This document shows, piece after piece, positions 52,477 through 63,944 of a stretch of DNA of 64,000 bases. Both the position numbers and the translations under genes were made by a program. The DNA is from Schizochytrium sp. TIO01 (Eukaryota > Protista > Bigyra: Labyrinthulomycetes): contig SMSO01000032.1 of assembly GCA_004764695.1 (NCBI GenBank), forward strand, positions 4,806,483 to 4,870,482. The letters are read 5' to 3'. How positions within the stretch are numbered: position 1 is the stretch's first letter; each line of letters begins with the position of its first letter. The notes beneath the pieces were generated by a model. That model was given only the letters and a program-made list of their open reading frames with translations. It was not told the DNA's origin and did no database searches.

Positions 52477-53032
52477 CCAAACAAAAACCTTGGCTGTTGG
52501 TGATCTGCACTTCTAACCTAAGATTAAATTTTCATCTGACAGCTTATTTTTTCGATGTTGAAAAAACTTGAAAAACAAAACATTTTTTAAGTTTGATTTT
52601 TTAATAAAATTAAAAACAATTAAAAAAAAGATTTTTTAAAAAATAATGATCGTGACTCAAATTTTATTTTTATTACGCCTATTCTTTATCTATCTTCAAA
52701 ATTCGAAGAAAAAAATGAAATTAAAAATGGAAAGAAAGAAGAGATCAAATCGTCAAAAATATATGCATATGATGATGGATCTTTGAAATTTGTGGTTGCA
52801 TGTCTGCTTACTTCTTTGCAAGCTGTTCCATAGCCTATATAATTAGCCCCTCTTGTATTTTCTAGTTTGAGGTCGCACACGTCATTGAGTATCTTAAATT
52901 CTTACACGCCCAGGGAATCAATGGCACTCTGAAAAGCTCAGCCTTTAAAACCTATTTGTATCAGGTTCTTGTTGAGTTTTTGGTAAAGGAGAGCGCTCAA
53001 TGTCGTATGTCTGAAGCAGGCAGGCAATATAT

Positions 53033-54697
53033 TTATTCACTAAAAACCATTTGGAGGTACATTGAAATAATAGAGTCCCCAAATGATGAAACAGGAGGCA
53101 TTCCTGAATGCATGGCCTGTAAAACTACTGCACGATTTTCGTCTGTGCTGGAGGCAAGATTTGCGAGACCCTTTGCAGCACTGCGATGCAACTTGACGCT
53201 GGCGTCGGCCTCTTCAAGGGAAAGGAGCTGGCATAAGTACTTTGCGCAGCCGTAGCGTAAGAGCAGGACTTTGTTAACCTCTTTGACACTGAGGACCGCA
53301 ATAATATTGACTAGATGTATGCTTTCCATACTCTGTGGCGCTGACTGAACAGCTGTAGACATCAAACATGGAATAAATTGTCGAAGATCGTTGTGGTCAT
53401 CGTGCGCGCACTTTTGCAGAATTGCTTCACTTGTGATTCGCCGTACCGCACCGCTCGATGATTCACTTAATGCAGACATTAATAAGTGTGTGGGACAGCT
53501 ATGTTTATTACCCAGACATGAGATTTCCAGGCCATGCTGAGCTATTCCTGGGTCACTCGCAGAATAAACCTTCGACTCCAATATTGGATGCCCATCGACT
53601 GAAAAGGATCCATACGCCAACTCTGCCTCCTCTGACAATTGTACAAGTAGTTGAAAGCCCCCATGTTCATACACAATATTAGCCTGCGTATCTTCATGCT
53701 CTACGCATTCACATAACAGCCTTGCCACTGCTGACTGGAGACCACTTTCATCAAAATGCACCATAGCGCGAGAAAGAGCTTTGAGAAGTCTTGGCCCCTC
53801 CAATAGACAAAGATCGCGAAATTCTGCTTCACCACAGTTACGTGTAAGCGATTCCAGGGCCATGGTCGCAATTGCTTCTGACGTTGCTGTCTCTAGCATC
53901 AAAAGACTCTCTCGAACTGAGTCCCGATTAGACTCTTTACCCTCCCGTGGAAATTGGGGCCTCATTATACTATTTATTTGCTTGCGTGAATGTTCATTTG
54001 CATGAGATAGGTCCCAAAGAGCTTTGGTCGCATATGCTCTGGTTTCCTTGGAGTCAGATCTTGATAGATGAGTCAGTGTATTTGCTGCTCCCGCTGCCTC
54101 CATAACATTTGCTGCGCGTGGGTCTTGCAAGCACGCTGCAAGAATTGCAGCGCAATCTTCCTGTACCTGTGCATCACCTGAGGCCCTTCCTAGACCACAT
54201 ATGAGACGCCCATATGGCGTGCCTTGCAAATTTGGAATTACAGTGTTTCGACTACTGACTGCTGTGCGCAGCGTTGCACTTGCCTTCCGAACCAAAGCCT
54301 CACTCTCAGCACCTAGCATCTCAAAGAGCACAAACATTGGACCTTCTGTGAGTCCCTGGTCCTTTTTGAGACTTGCTTCGAGTGCGAGCAAGGTATAGTT
54401 TTGGAAATAACGCCATCGAGATAGAACCTGCTGCAAATCAGCTTCGGCAACGGGAGGTAGCTCTTTCTCCAATGTCACGGATACCTTTGCACCATCTTGA
54501 ATCACATCACCTACAAGAAGAGCGTTAGGTAATAAATAGCCCGCTTCGTCTTGCAGGGCGTGAGACGCCAGGGGTGGCGCGCGGGGGTTCAGGGCTGCGT
54601 ATTGACTTTCTATAAGCCTTCTCAATTCTCCTACTGTGCTGCTCTTGTCGCAGCTGGTCACAAACCGCAGCTCACGCAAATGAACATGAACCTTCAT
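53033..54697 (-). CDS. Armadillo-repeat protein with N-terminal ubiquitin-like beta-grasp domain
   Basis: N-terminal STVGELRRLIESQY...LQDEAGYLLP...VGDVIQDG; ARM-like ATKALWDLS and AAKGLANLA. Confidence 0.75.
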   Translation of the reverse strand: MKVHVHLRELRFVTSCDKSSTVGELRRLIESQYAALNPRAPPLASHALQDEAGYLLPNALLVGDVIQDGAKVSVTLEKELPPVAEADLQQVLSRWRYFQNYTLLALEASLKKDQGLTEGPMFVLFEMLGAESEALVRKASATLRTAVSSRNTVIPNLQGTPYGRLICGLGRASGDAQVQEDCAAILAACLQDPRAANVMEAAGAANTLTHLSRSDSKETRAYATKALWDLSHANEHSRKQINSIMRPQFPREGKESNRDSVRESLLMLETATSEAIATMALESLTRNCGEAEFRDLCLLEGPRLLKALSRAMVHFDESGLQSAVARLLCECVEHEDTQANIVYEHGGFQLLVQLSEEAELAYGSFSVDGHPILESKVYSASDPGIAQHGLEISCLGNKHSCPTHLLMSALSESSSGAVRRITSEAILQKCAHDDHNDLRQFIPCLMSTAVQSAPQSMESIHLVNIIAVLSVKEVNKVLLLRYGCAKYLCQLLSLEEADASVKLHRSAAKGLANLASSTDENRAVVLQAMHSGMPPVSSFGDSIISMYLQMVFSE

Positions 54698-55295
54698 CTT
54701 GCACGATGAAGGCTCTAAATCATGTAGGATTGGTTCTGCTCAGCGTGTGATTCCTTTAATTATCTCTAGAAATGTTTGCTAAATTCTTCTTTCAATTATA
54801 AAAGCCTAAGTTTGAAAGAGTAAACGTTATGCAGAATCGCCTAATGTCACATCATACTAAGAGATCTGAAGAACTTGCCATGGCCTCTGTATGAGGAATG
54901 AGTCTCGTTGTTTGTTATCTAGCATTTCTTCTAGTTCGTAAATATTCGTCTTCCTTAAAGAGTCATGGTTTACTTGACAACAGATAAAAGTTAAGAAAAT
55001 AAAAGAATTCTTTTTGCTCTGTTGTTTATAGGGTAGGTAGAGCTTAGCTCAACGGATACGTCAGCCAAGCACTACGACTCCCCAGTTTCCTCTAGTGACT
55101 ACTATGCCTATTTAAAAGTACGCTTAGGTGCTACTTCACATACTTTCGATATTGTCATCTTTCGTGGCAGATGGTTTCTTTGATGCCAGAAGACAAAATC
55201 ATCTCAGCACCGCTCTCAAACGAGGGTTTCATGCTGCAAGCGCTTTGTTGCAGCCAAGGACAGTTTTTATTTTGAGGAAAAGAGCAAACCCAATC

Positions 55296-56612
55296 ATGGA
55301 GGAGGATAGCTGGGCTGTTGACCGGAGATACAGTAGTAGCAGCAACAGTAGCAATAGCAGCACTGGCGGTGAGCTCAGCAATGCGGCCATGAGCATGGAT
55401 AAGAACGCAAATGCGTCTCCAAGGTGGTCTCGTCCCCAAGGGTTTTATTGGCATACTGCTCGCGAACTGTGTGCTGCAACTTTGGAGTGCCGAAATCTTG
55501 TTCAAGGGCATGCCCACAATTTACCTGTAAGCGTGGCACAGAACTTACAGAGTAGTTTGTGGTCATCTTGCGAGGATGCCGCCCTACATGGAGAGATTGG
55601 CCCCGATACCGCGTCACATAGTGCTCAATCTCTTTTACTATTGTTTGAGTCTGTGCTTGAGCATGTAGGACGCATGGAACGTGAAAAGAAGTTACTTCAA
55701 CAAGATCTTAAGGGTGCTATTAAGTCAATGACTAGATGGAGAGCCAAGGAGGAAATTCAAGCTCGTAAAGTGCATGAACTGGAGCTTACCGTTCAATGTG
55801 AGACTGAACATGCTGCAGCTCTGGAGCAAAACATAAATTTACTTCAGAAGCAGCTTAAACAAACCCAGAGCGAATTGGAAGAACATGCTCGTGATGATGC
55901 AGTTCAGAGATTGCGGGCTTCACAATCTTTCAGCCAGATTTCTTTTTTTACCTCTCAAACTCAAAAGCCTACTGCCCGTAGCAACGAATCTTTCAGAAAG
56001 CCACGGAGTAAATCTGACATTACAGCGGAGAAGTCGCGAAGAAGTTTTGCACTAAGAAAGCCAAGCTGTAGAAGTGCTAGCTATGGCCATACTAAAACAG
56101 ATTACTTGTCCGAGTTGTCATCGATGTGTGAGACGAAGAACGAGGAGGAATTCGAAGAGTCAAACAAAATTAATATTGACACTCTATCATCTCGACATTC
56201 CGAAGGTAATAAGGACTATCACCCTTTTATTTATAGAGGTTCTATAGGAGAAACATTGCCTTCTACTGTGGAATCTGAGGATTTAACAGTGAAACTAGTG
56301 GAGGAAGGCAGACATGAAAATTCTGATTCAGAGGCCGTAGATGTTCTTATTCCACGCAAATACAGGTCGAAACAGAATGCGTACGATGAAGATGGTGGGT
56401 CGCACACTGAGTATTTTGTTTCATCAAGAGAGAATGACTTAGATTACGACATTCCATGTGGGGTAAGTGCTGACGGCCATCTTCGTTACCCAGACGAAAA
56501 TATTGCAGAGCATCTAGAAGAGGTGCATGAAGATAATCTTGTAGCAGATGCAGTTCGTGCACGTATGGAACGAATCTTGTCAATTTCGTCGTCCTCAACA
56601 TACCTGAGTTAG
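55296..56612 (+). CDS. Hypothetical coiled-coil protein
   Basis: Long ORF with first ATG at 55296, a central heptad region and a disordered C-terminus; no family recognised. Confidence 0.65.
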   Translation: MEEDSWAVDRRYSSSSNSSNSSTGGELSNAAMSMDKNANASPRWSRPQGFYWHTARELCAATLECRNLVQGHAHNLPVSVAQNLQSSLWSSCEDAALHGEIGPDTASHSAQSLLLLFESVLEHVGRMEREKKLLQQDLKGAIKSMTRWRAKEEIQARKVHELELTVQCETEHAAALEQNINLLQKQLKQTQSELEEHARDDAVQRLRASQSFSQISFFTSQTQKPTARSNESFRKPRSKSDITAEKSRRSFALRKPSCRSASYGHTKTDYLSELSSMCETKNEEEFEESNKINIDTLSSRHSEGNKDYHPFIYRGSIGETLPSTVESEDLTVKLVEEGRHENSDSEAVDVLIPRKYRSKQNAYDEDGGSHTEYFVSSRENDLDYDIPCGVSADGHLRYPDENIAEHLEEVHEDNLVADAVRARMERILSISSSSTYLS

Positions 56613-56851
56613 CTTTTGTATGATAGGATATTGTTACACGAATGCAATACATAAATGAATTAAATGTGACAAACCAATTGCCTGACAAGAAGACTAAGAT
56701 ATAGGAGAAGACGCCCTAGAAAACAAAATTGAAGATTGGGATATTTCTGGTTTTAAAATTGGGGTGCTTGAGTAAACGACAGATTGTAAGATTATCAAAT
56801 TTTCCTTGTGTATTTTAGGTTTACTTTTTGCTATGTTGTTTTGTGCTCTAT

Positions 56852-59518
56852 TCAGGGCGCAGCGGGGGGCTTGGCACCGTTCTTGCTTGCCTTGGCCTTT
56901 TTCCTCTGCTCAAAGAGCTCCATCTTCTTCTTACGCTCTTCCTCGGCCTTGTCGATCTTCTCCTGGAGCTTGAGCCGGTTCTCCTCCTCCTGGCGAGCAA
57001 GGTCAGCAAGAATAGAGTCGCGGTACTCATCAAATCCACCCTCCCATTCTGTGACAGTCTTGTTTTCCAAAACCCAGAGACGGCACTCGGTCTCAACAAT
57101 AAGACGCTCATCGTGGGAAATAAGAATAACAGCGCCCTCAAAGTTGTTAATACCATCGATGAGGGCCTGTACGGACTCCAAATCGAGATGGTTAGTAGGC
57201 TCATCCAAGCACAAGATGGAGGGGCGCTGAAGGGCCATGTTGGCAAACACGACACGACTCTTTTGACCACCGGAGCAGTTCATGAGCTTGATAACATGGG
57301 CAGAGCCCTCGAGACCGAAACGACCCAAAGTGTTACGTGCCTCCTGGTACGTAATGTTGTGCTCGCGGCGCAAGAAGTCTACGGGAGTCTCGGCGGCGGG
57401 GAGAACATCCAGAAAGTGCTGGTGGTATTTGGCAATGCTGACACCACGGTTAATCCTCACATCGCCCTTGGTGGGTTCAAGGTCACCAATCATGAGCTTC
57501 ATCAAAGTACTCTTACCGATACCGTTGGCACCAACGATAGTGATACGCGAGTCCTTATCAATACCGAAGGAAAGCTTCTTGAAGAGCGTCTTGCCGCCCT
57601 CATACTTGAAGGACACATCGTCAAGGGAGATGTAGTTGCCCATGAGCTCAATCTCGGGGTCGGGGAACTCAAAGTTGACAATGTAATCCTTGGGGCGCTG
57701 CATGAGCTGACGCTCGGCGAGAGTGCCACCAGCAGTGTCATCCTCTTCCATACCGCGACCCTTCTTCTTGGAACCAGCCTCACGCTTCTTCTTTGCAGCG
57801 AGCTGCTCAGCGGCCTTCTTGTTGGTAGCACCCTTCTTCTTAAGCGCACGAAGCTGCTTCTCCTGGTTCTCGTACTCCTTCTTGGTCTTTTCCACATACT
57901 GACGGTGCTGCTCCTCGAAGAGGGAGTATCCACCGCGGTAGTACTGGATGCTCTGGTCAGCAAGGCACATAATATCGGTACAGACAGCCTCGAGAAGCGA
58001 GGAATCGTGAGAGACAAGTACAATAGTCTTCTTCCACTTCTGCAGGACGTCAGTGAGGTAAATGGCACTGTTAAGGTCAAGATGGTTGCTAGGCTCATCA
58101 AGCAAGGTCAGAGTGCGCTCGAGGAAGAGGGCACGGGCAATGGACACACGCATACGCCAACCACCAGAAAAGCTCTTGGTCGGGGCACGGAGCATGTCCT
58201 GGGTGAATCCCAGACCAGTCAACAGACTGAGAGCCTTAGCCTCGGCAGCGTCAGCATTACGGAGGCGCAGCTCGTTGCTAATATCAGTGAGCTCTGCGAA
58301 GAGAGTTTCGTGCTCCTCCATGCTCATATCGTCTGCATCCTCCTTATCAAGGATGGCCATAATCTCAGCCTCGCGCTCGAACAGTTGAGTGCGCTTGGTA
58401 TCGGCCTTGAGAACCATGTCTACAGCGGGAGTGTCATCGGCAGGCACCTCCTGGTCGACGTAAATGCAGTCAATCTTGGGGGGAATCTCAAGCTCGTTGT
58501 TGGCAAGAAGGCGAAGAAGTGTACTCTTACCACCACCGTTACGTCCAATGAGACCGTACTTACGGTTTTCAGCAATCTTGAGCTCTGCGTTCTGGAATAG
58601 GGTCTTACCGTACGCACTGACAGTGAAGCTGGGAATGTTGATATCGACGGCGTTCTGCCATGCTTCATCCTTGTTGATTGCAGTGGCAGAAACTGCAAAC
58701 TCAGTGGGCTTGCTTTTCAGTTCTGCCACTGTACGCTCGCGCTCCGCAGCCTCTTCCGCCTCCTTCAGCTTCCTGCGTTCCTTGTTGCTAAGCTTTTTCT
58801 TGCCCTTCTTCTCGTCCTTATCCTTCGACTTGCCCTTCTTCTTTCCCGAATCCTCATCGTCATCCTCATCGTCATCATTGTCATTATCCTCATCGGAGTC
58901 GTCGCCCTTCTTACCCTTCTTGCTCTTCTTCTCCTTCTTACTCTTCTTTTCCTTCTTACTCTTCTTGGACTTCTTCTTGTCATCCTCAGAGTCATCCTCA
59001 GAGTCATCCATGTTCAGAGCAGCAAAAGAGGCCGCTGCCTTATTGGGAGCGCTGTCCTCCTCATCTTCATCATCCTCGTCTGCTTCTTCCTCGTCTTCGG
59101 AGTCATCCATCATATCAAGAGCTCCAAATCCTCCCTTTGCCTTGGATTTCTTGGCAGGAGCCTTCTTGGCGGCCTTGCCCTTCTTTCCCTTTGCCTTCGG
59201 TGCTTCCTCCTCCTCAGACGCCTCTTCATCCTCATCCTCAGAGTCTAGTGCTCCAAATCCTCCCTTAGGCTTTCCTGATTTGTTGTCGTCTTCGGAATCG
59301 TTGCTGCCATCATCCTCGTTATCATCATCTTCGGTCTTCTTTGATTGGGAGTCGTCGAGTTTGCCCTTCTTTGCGAGCTTCAGCATGCGCTTTTCCTTGC
59401 GGGAAAGCTTGGACTCATCTTTGCTAGCCTCCTCATTCTGTACCTGTGCCTGCTGCGACTCCTCCTCGAGGTCCTCAAGGAAGCCCTTGCGGCCGCCCTT
59501 CTTCTTGCCCTTGCCCAT
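56852..59518 (-). CDS. ABCF1: ABC-F family translation ATPase, ABCF1/ABC50-like
   Basis: Two NBDs (GRNGGGKST/FSGGWR/LLDEPSNHLD and GANGIGKST/CSGGQK/CLDEPTNHLD), no TM domains, long Lys/acidic N-terminus; ATG at 59518. Confidence 0.88.
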   Translation of the reverse strand: MGKGKKKGGRKGFLEDLEEESQQAQVQNEEASKDESKLSRKEKRMLKLAKKGKLDDSQSKKTEDDDNEDDGSNDSEDDNKSGKPKGGFGALDSEDEDEEASEEEEAPKAKGKKGKAAKKAPAKKSKAKGGFGALDMMDDSEDEEEADEDDEDEEDSAPNKAAASFAALNMDDSEDDSEDDKKKSKKSKKEKKSKKEKKSKKGKKGDDSDEDNDNDDDEDDDEDSGKKKGKSKDKDEKKGKKKLSNKERRKLKEAEEAAERERTVAELKSKPTEFAVSATAINKDEAWQNAVDINIPSFTVSAYGKTLFQNAELKIAENRKYGLIGRNGGGKSTLLRLLANNELEIPPKIDCIYVDQEVPADDTPAVDMVLKADTKRTQLFEREAEIMAILDKEDADDMSMEEHETLFAELTDISNELRLRNADAAEAKALSLLTGLGFTQDMLRAPTKSFSGGWRMRVSIARALFLERTLTLLDEPSNHLDLNSAIYLTDVLQKWKKTIVLVSHDSSLLEAVCTDIMCLADQSIQYYRGGYSLFEEQHRQYVEKTKKEYENQEKQLRALKKKGATNKKAAEQLAAKKKREAGSKKKGRGMEEDDTAGGTLAERQLMQRPKDYIVNFEFPDPEIELMGNYISLDDVSFKYEGGKTLFKKLSFGIDKDSRITIVGANGIGKSTLMKLMIGDLEPTKGDVRINRGVSIAKYHQHFLDVLPAAETPVDFLRREHNITYQEARNTLGRFGLEGSAHVIKLMNCSGGQKSRVVFANMALQRPSILCLDEPTNHLDLESVQALIDGINNFEGAVILISHDERLIVETECRLWVLENKTVTEWEGGFDEYRDSILADLARQEEENRLKLQEKIDKAEEERKKKMELFEQRKKAKASKNGAKPPAAP

Positions 59519-60107
59519 GGTGCCCAACCGAGGTCAACCACTCACACGCCACTCGGCGATCCGATATAAGCAAACTCTCAACCGAGCGAGTACGCGATTA
59601 CGCACTTGAGCAAACGCTTATTGGGTCAGGCTTCCCTCGAAGCCTTCTTCCAAGCACTGTCTGCTATTGCAAAGCCACGCCGCTTCAGCAGCGCCGCATG
59701 TAGTTTTGTCGAGCTCTCCGTGGCGCTCCGCCTCGCTCTACACAGTTCTTCTGCAGTTCCGAATTGGTTCTTTCTTCTTTCTCTCTCTCTGCTCGCCAGT
59801 AAATCTCTGCTAGGCCTACTAGCCTCCCATTAGGGATGCCAAGTAAAGCTACTAGTACGGTTTGTGGTAGCACACCCATACTAATTTGTTTCGTCATGGT
59901 TAACCTATTACTAGCAATACTCCTACTACTGTTGTAGATAATTGAAGCAGGTTGGAGGGTACGTGACATTTATGGAGATTTGTGATGATGCTCGTTTGGG
60001 GCGAATGAGCAGTAACATGGGGGTTCCAAGATGACGGAAACAGGGCTGTTTGAATCGAAGTACGAATAGACCTGGAAGAGCTTTTCTTCTACCCGACGCA
60101 GGAGGTG

Positions 60108-61470
60108 ATGCGGGCTGTGCAGGCCATGCGGAGCCGGTGGGTACGCTTGATTGTGATATTTTCAGTGCTGTATGTGAATGTGAGGGCGACCACGAGGTTT
60201 GTGAATGTGGATGGCGTAGTGGAGGCCGCTGGAGATGCTGCAAGATTGGCGACCCTTGTGAACGGCAATAACAAGTATTTGAACTCCGACTACCAGTGGA
60301 AAAATAATGAAGCGCAAGGCTTCGAAAGTACACGGTCGAAGAGGCCCCAGCGAAGCCACTCAGGAGAGCTAATAGGCATCGAACCCGACCTGGATGCGGT
60401 GGTAGATTATGGGTTCTTGGACATGTATTTACATAAATCCCTACACGAAAAACGAAGTTCCGGAGATTTAGGACTTCATCAGAGCAATCGGGCGACAGTT
60501 CATGGAGGTTCTCGGGGAGGTGACCAAAGGCGGAGACACCATCAGCAAAAGGGTCAAGAGGAGCAGCGTAAATCTGGGTCCACGCTGACAGTGGCACAGC
60601 AAGCGTACCTTTATGATGATATCTTCCTTCAAGATGGAAAAGTTTTAACGGAAGCCCATCTGCCCGAAGCTAATCTTCACCGATCTAGGGCAGGGTGGGA
60701 TGACCCTAACTGGAGGTCGCTACGCACGCGTTGGGATCAGCTCCCTGGCATCCGCAAGCGAACAGGACTTGTTTTTGGAGTTGCAGAGAGTGAGGCCGAT
60801 CTGCGATTTCTTAACAATGCAAATACCAACCCGCAAACTCTGCGTGTCTCCTTGGAGCAAAAAATCCTTGACCAAGGTCGCGGAAATCCATTATTATTTG
60901 AGTCATGGAGTCAGCTAGGGAACACGTTGCGTGCTTTGGGCGAGACGCATGCCTCCATTCAGTGTTTTCGCCGTGCATTAAGCCTCAATCCAGACGATGC
61001 AGGTATTCTGACAAACCTTGCACTGGTTTTACGTTTCGCTGGGTATAGTGCTGATGCAGCAAAGATAATGCGCTATATTATATCTCTTGGTGTAGGCTCA
61101 GCGCTTCATTATTTTGTCCTCGGTAGCTTGCAGCTGGACACGGGCGAGCTAGATCATGCCATTGCAAATTTTCAAATCACGCTTAAAAAAAGGCCAGACT
61201 TTATGCCTGCACTACATAAGCTAAGGGAACTGCGTGCGCCATTGCAAGGTAGCGATTCAACCTCAGTTACCATGCAAGCAACGAATTCGGGAAGCATGGG
61301 CTTCCATAAACAGCGTGGGTAGCAACATTGGTCGAGAAGCGGGTCCAGACATGACACTCGGCCAGAGCATTGAAGATGTACTTATCACCCTGATCGGCTG
61401 TACCGTGATCGGTCTCCTTGTACTTTATGCACGTGGAACGTGGAAGAGGCCAAAACGGAGGTCCAAATGA
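60108..61470 (+). CDS. Secretory-pathway TPR protein (TTC17-like); C-terminal TM anchor lies in the +1 frame after ~61298
   Basis: Signal-like N-terminus; TPRs WSQLGNTLRALGETHASIQCFRRAL and ILTNLALVL. The 0 frame stops at 61322, but the +1 frame gives ASINSVGSN...VLITLIGCTVIGLLVLYA-RGTWKRPKRRSK* ending 61470. Confidence 0.75.
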
Positions 61471-62628
61471 GCTACATCTGTAGCAGAATTTGTGGGACGA
61501 TATTTATCTGTAAATATACATTGCTTCTTTATTATTAATAATAATTCAATGATTAACTTTGTTTGATTATGTTTATTTATTTTAAGATATGGATTAAGAG
61601 CAATCTTGATACAGAGTTTCTCTGGCGCCACATAAATTTAACTCGCCTGAAACCTTAGTAATATGCGTCAGGAACGTCAACTCAATGGAAACCATCATGA
61701 TCTTGAATGTTTAATCAGCACCATAACAGTCACAAAGTTTATGAACAATGTCTGAACTCCTATGAGCACATGCGAAGGTCATCAGAGTATGTCAGTCATA
61801 AGAGTTATGATTATGAAAGAGCAGGACCCGAAAATACCAAACATTGGTATAGGCCTTGGTGTTTCAGTTCTCAAATACATCTATGTGCGCTGGCGCAAGC
61901 CCACGAAGATCGTAAGGTTAGTCTTGCTTGTCCTTTGTCACTTAGACCACGTGCAATACTACTAAACCCCAGGTTGCATGTCAATGATTAAGGAGTTGCA
62001 CTGATGTGAGGTGTGGTTATGGTTAACCCACCGCTTCATAGTACTGCATTTTAACATTCAGCTAGGTCATCTTCAAAAGCTCACCTGACAGGGATGAGAA
62101 AATCATATTATTCTTTGATCTCTCACTTCCCCCTATAAGATAAACATTATTCCCTATTTCCTGTTTGCATGGCGCAGATGGCTTGTTGGAATTCAAACCT
62201 CACAAATAGTATAAATATTTGCAATGTACATCTCATCCCTTTCGTCATCAGCAAATTCTTCAAATAAAACCCGAGACCGTTCCCTATCATCAAATGGACT
62301 AAGTTATTGAAGGACATCAAGTATAACATGATATGGTAAGTATAAAAATAAATAGAATAACTTAAAAACAAGGAAGAGTGAAAGATAAAAGCGTGTTCGC
62401 TAACAAGATGGAGAAATTGATTGTTGTATGCAACCAACAACAACAACTCAAGTCTCCATTTTATATGTTGCAAAACAGGCAATTATTTGTATAATTCTGT
62501 AAACAAAGGGACCTTTCCATCACCAAGGAGTAAAGTGAAGAAATCAGAAAGGAACCAAAAACGCTAACAGTCAAGTTTGTTAGCAATGCAAAATGCATTT
62601 GAAAGGAGGAATGCAAGTGTATTCTTGC

Positions 62629-63579
62629 TTATTCAGCAGAAGTACCGCGAACCCAAAACCATGCCGGGACCACCATTCCAACTGTTACAAGAACGCCAAG
62701 AGCTCCACGAGAGAGACGGGCATACACAGCAGCAGTGCGCAAGCGCTGCGTCCGCTCCTTGTTTGCAGGGTCATCTTCGAGCAGAGAATCGCATGCGGCA
62801 ACAGCCTCAGTATAATCCCCGAGACGGTAGTAAGCCAAAGCGATGTAATAAAGGCATTCAGTGAGCATATTTGCCTCGAGGTTTGCGCAATCATTTTGAA
62901 GATCCATACTACCTCTTGATCCACACGATAATCGACGTGAAAGGCTTCTAAGCTCTTTCTTATCTTCATCTTCGTCCTCGATTTCGCGACCAGGTGTTTC
63001 TACATGATCGTCCTCCAAACTGGAGTCGAATTGATCATCAATTTCATCTTCGTCACTGTCGTTGAATTTGCTCTCATGGACTTCCTCCTCCTCTTCCTCA
63101 ATTGTAGCTCTCTCACCAATCTCCTCAAGGTCATCTGCATCTCCATCTCGATCAGTGAGATCGCCGTCTTCCCCAGGAGTAGGTCTATGGAGAAATACAT
63201 AACCGTCTACCATGGATTCAGCTTTGCGCTGTGCAATGCGGCTTTGTTGGGTGTACAATGATGATGAGGAGCTACCCTGCAATTTTGTGTCATGGTAGGT
63301 TTTCATATATTTGGAGACAGGCAGGTTCACCGGATTTGTCGCGCATGGCTCCTGCTCTAAGTGGGAGCAGAGCTCCTGCAGCAGCTCAATGCCTCGTCGA
63401 GTCGCTCCGCGGCTCATGCTGCAGGCTAGCAACCTTGCATACCGGAACTTGGACACATGAGACGCCTCAAAATCAAGTTTCCGCAGCTCGCTGTCATACT
63501 GGGATTTAAGTTTTCGTAGATGCTCTGTCGTAGCTAAGGCCTCTGCGCTTGCCAGTTCCTGCGAAAATGTCGTGCTCAT
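62629..63579 (-). CDS. FIS1: Mitochondrial/peroxisomal fission protein Fis1-like with large acidic insertion
   Basis: SKFRYARLLACS....TRRGIELLQEL (TPR1), ECLYYIALAYYRLGDYTEA....LLEDDPAN (TPR2), and C-terminal tail anchor GALGVLVTVGMVVPAWFWV; ATG at 63579. Confidence 0.82.
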   Translation of the reverse strand: MSTTFSQELASAEALATTEHLRKLKSQYDSELRKLDFEASHVSKFRYARLLACSMSRGATRRGIELLQELCSHLEQEPCATNPVNLPVSKYMKTYHDTKLQGSSSSSLYTQQSRIAQRKAESMVDGYVFLHRPTPGEDGDLTDRDGDADDLEEIGERATIEEEEEEVHESKFNDSDEDEIDDQFDSSLEDDHVETPGREIEDEDEDKKELRSLSRRLSCGSRGSMDLQNDCANLEANMLTECLYYIALAYYRLGDYTEAVAACDSLLEDDPANKERTQRLRTAAVYARLSRGALGVLVTVGMVVPAWFWVRGTSAE

Positions 63580-63913
63580 TTTCCACAGCTTTCGCCAGAT
63601 CCACACCCAGACCCGCGCCCACCACGACGTAAACCCAAAGACCTCCAGCTTGACGCTTATTTGCAGAATTCACGGGCCGCTGTCGCCTCCAGCTTTCTCT
63701 TTCAACTAATTGCCAGGCTCCAAGCACGCCGCCAATCAGTTATTGCCACCACGGACACCTTCCAGCCCAAAGTCACCAGCACAACCAAGATGCGCAAGAT
63801 TGACTACCCGTAGTGCCAAAGGGTGCAGAGGAGGCACTATTAAGACGCAGATAGTACTTATGAATGAAAGAACCCCTGTTGAGCTGTCTGTCTGTGTACC
63901 CCTAGAGTATAGA

Positions 63914-63944
<31 letters not shown>
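63914..63944. repeat. (CAAT)n microsatellite
   Basis: About 7-8 tandem units read directly. Confidence 0.95.

Noticed and set aside
56828-59609. 590-aa and 381-aa plus-strand ORFs antisense to ABCF1
   Set aside because: Antisense shadows caused by strong codon bias and low-complexity Lys/Asp/Glu codons; non-ATG starts.
61320-61373. TAG CAA stop-codon readthrough context
   Set aside because: Only a partial match to UAG-CAR-YYA, and readthrough adds 16 featureless codons; the +1 frame explains the locus better.
61707-62482. Short ORFs between TTC17-like and Fis1
   Set aside because: AT-rich convergent intergenic DNA with no motifs.
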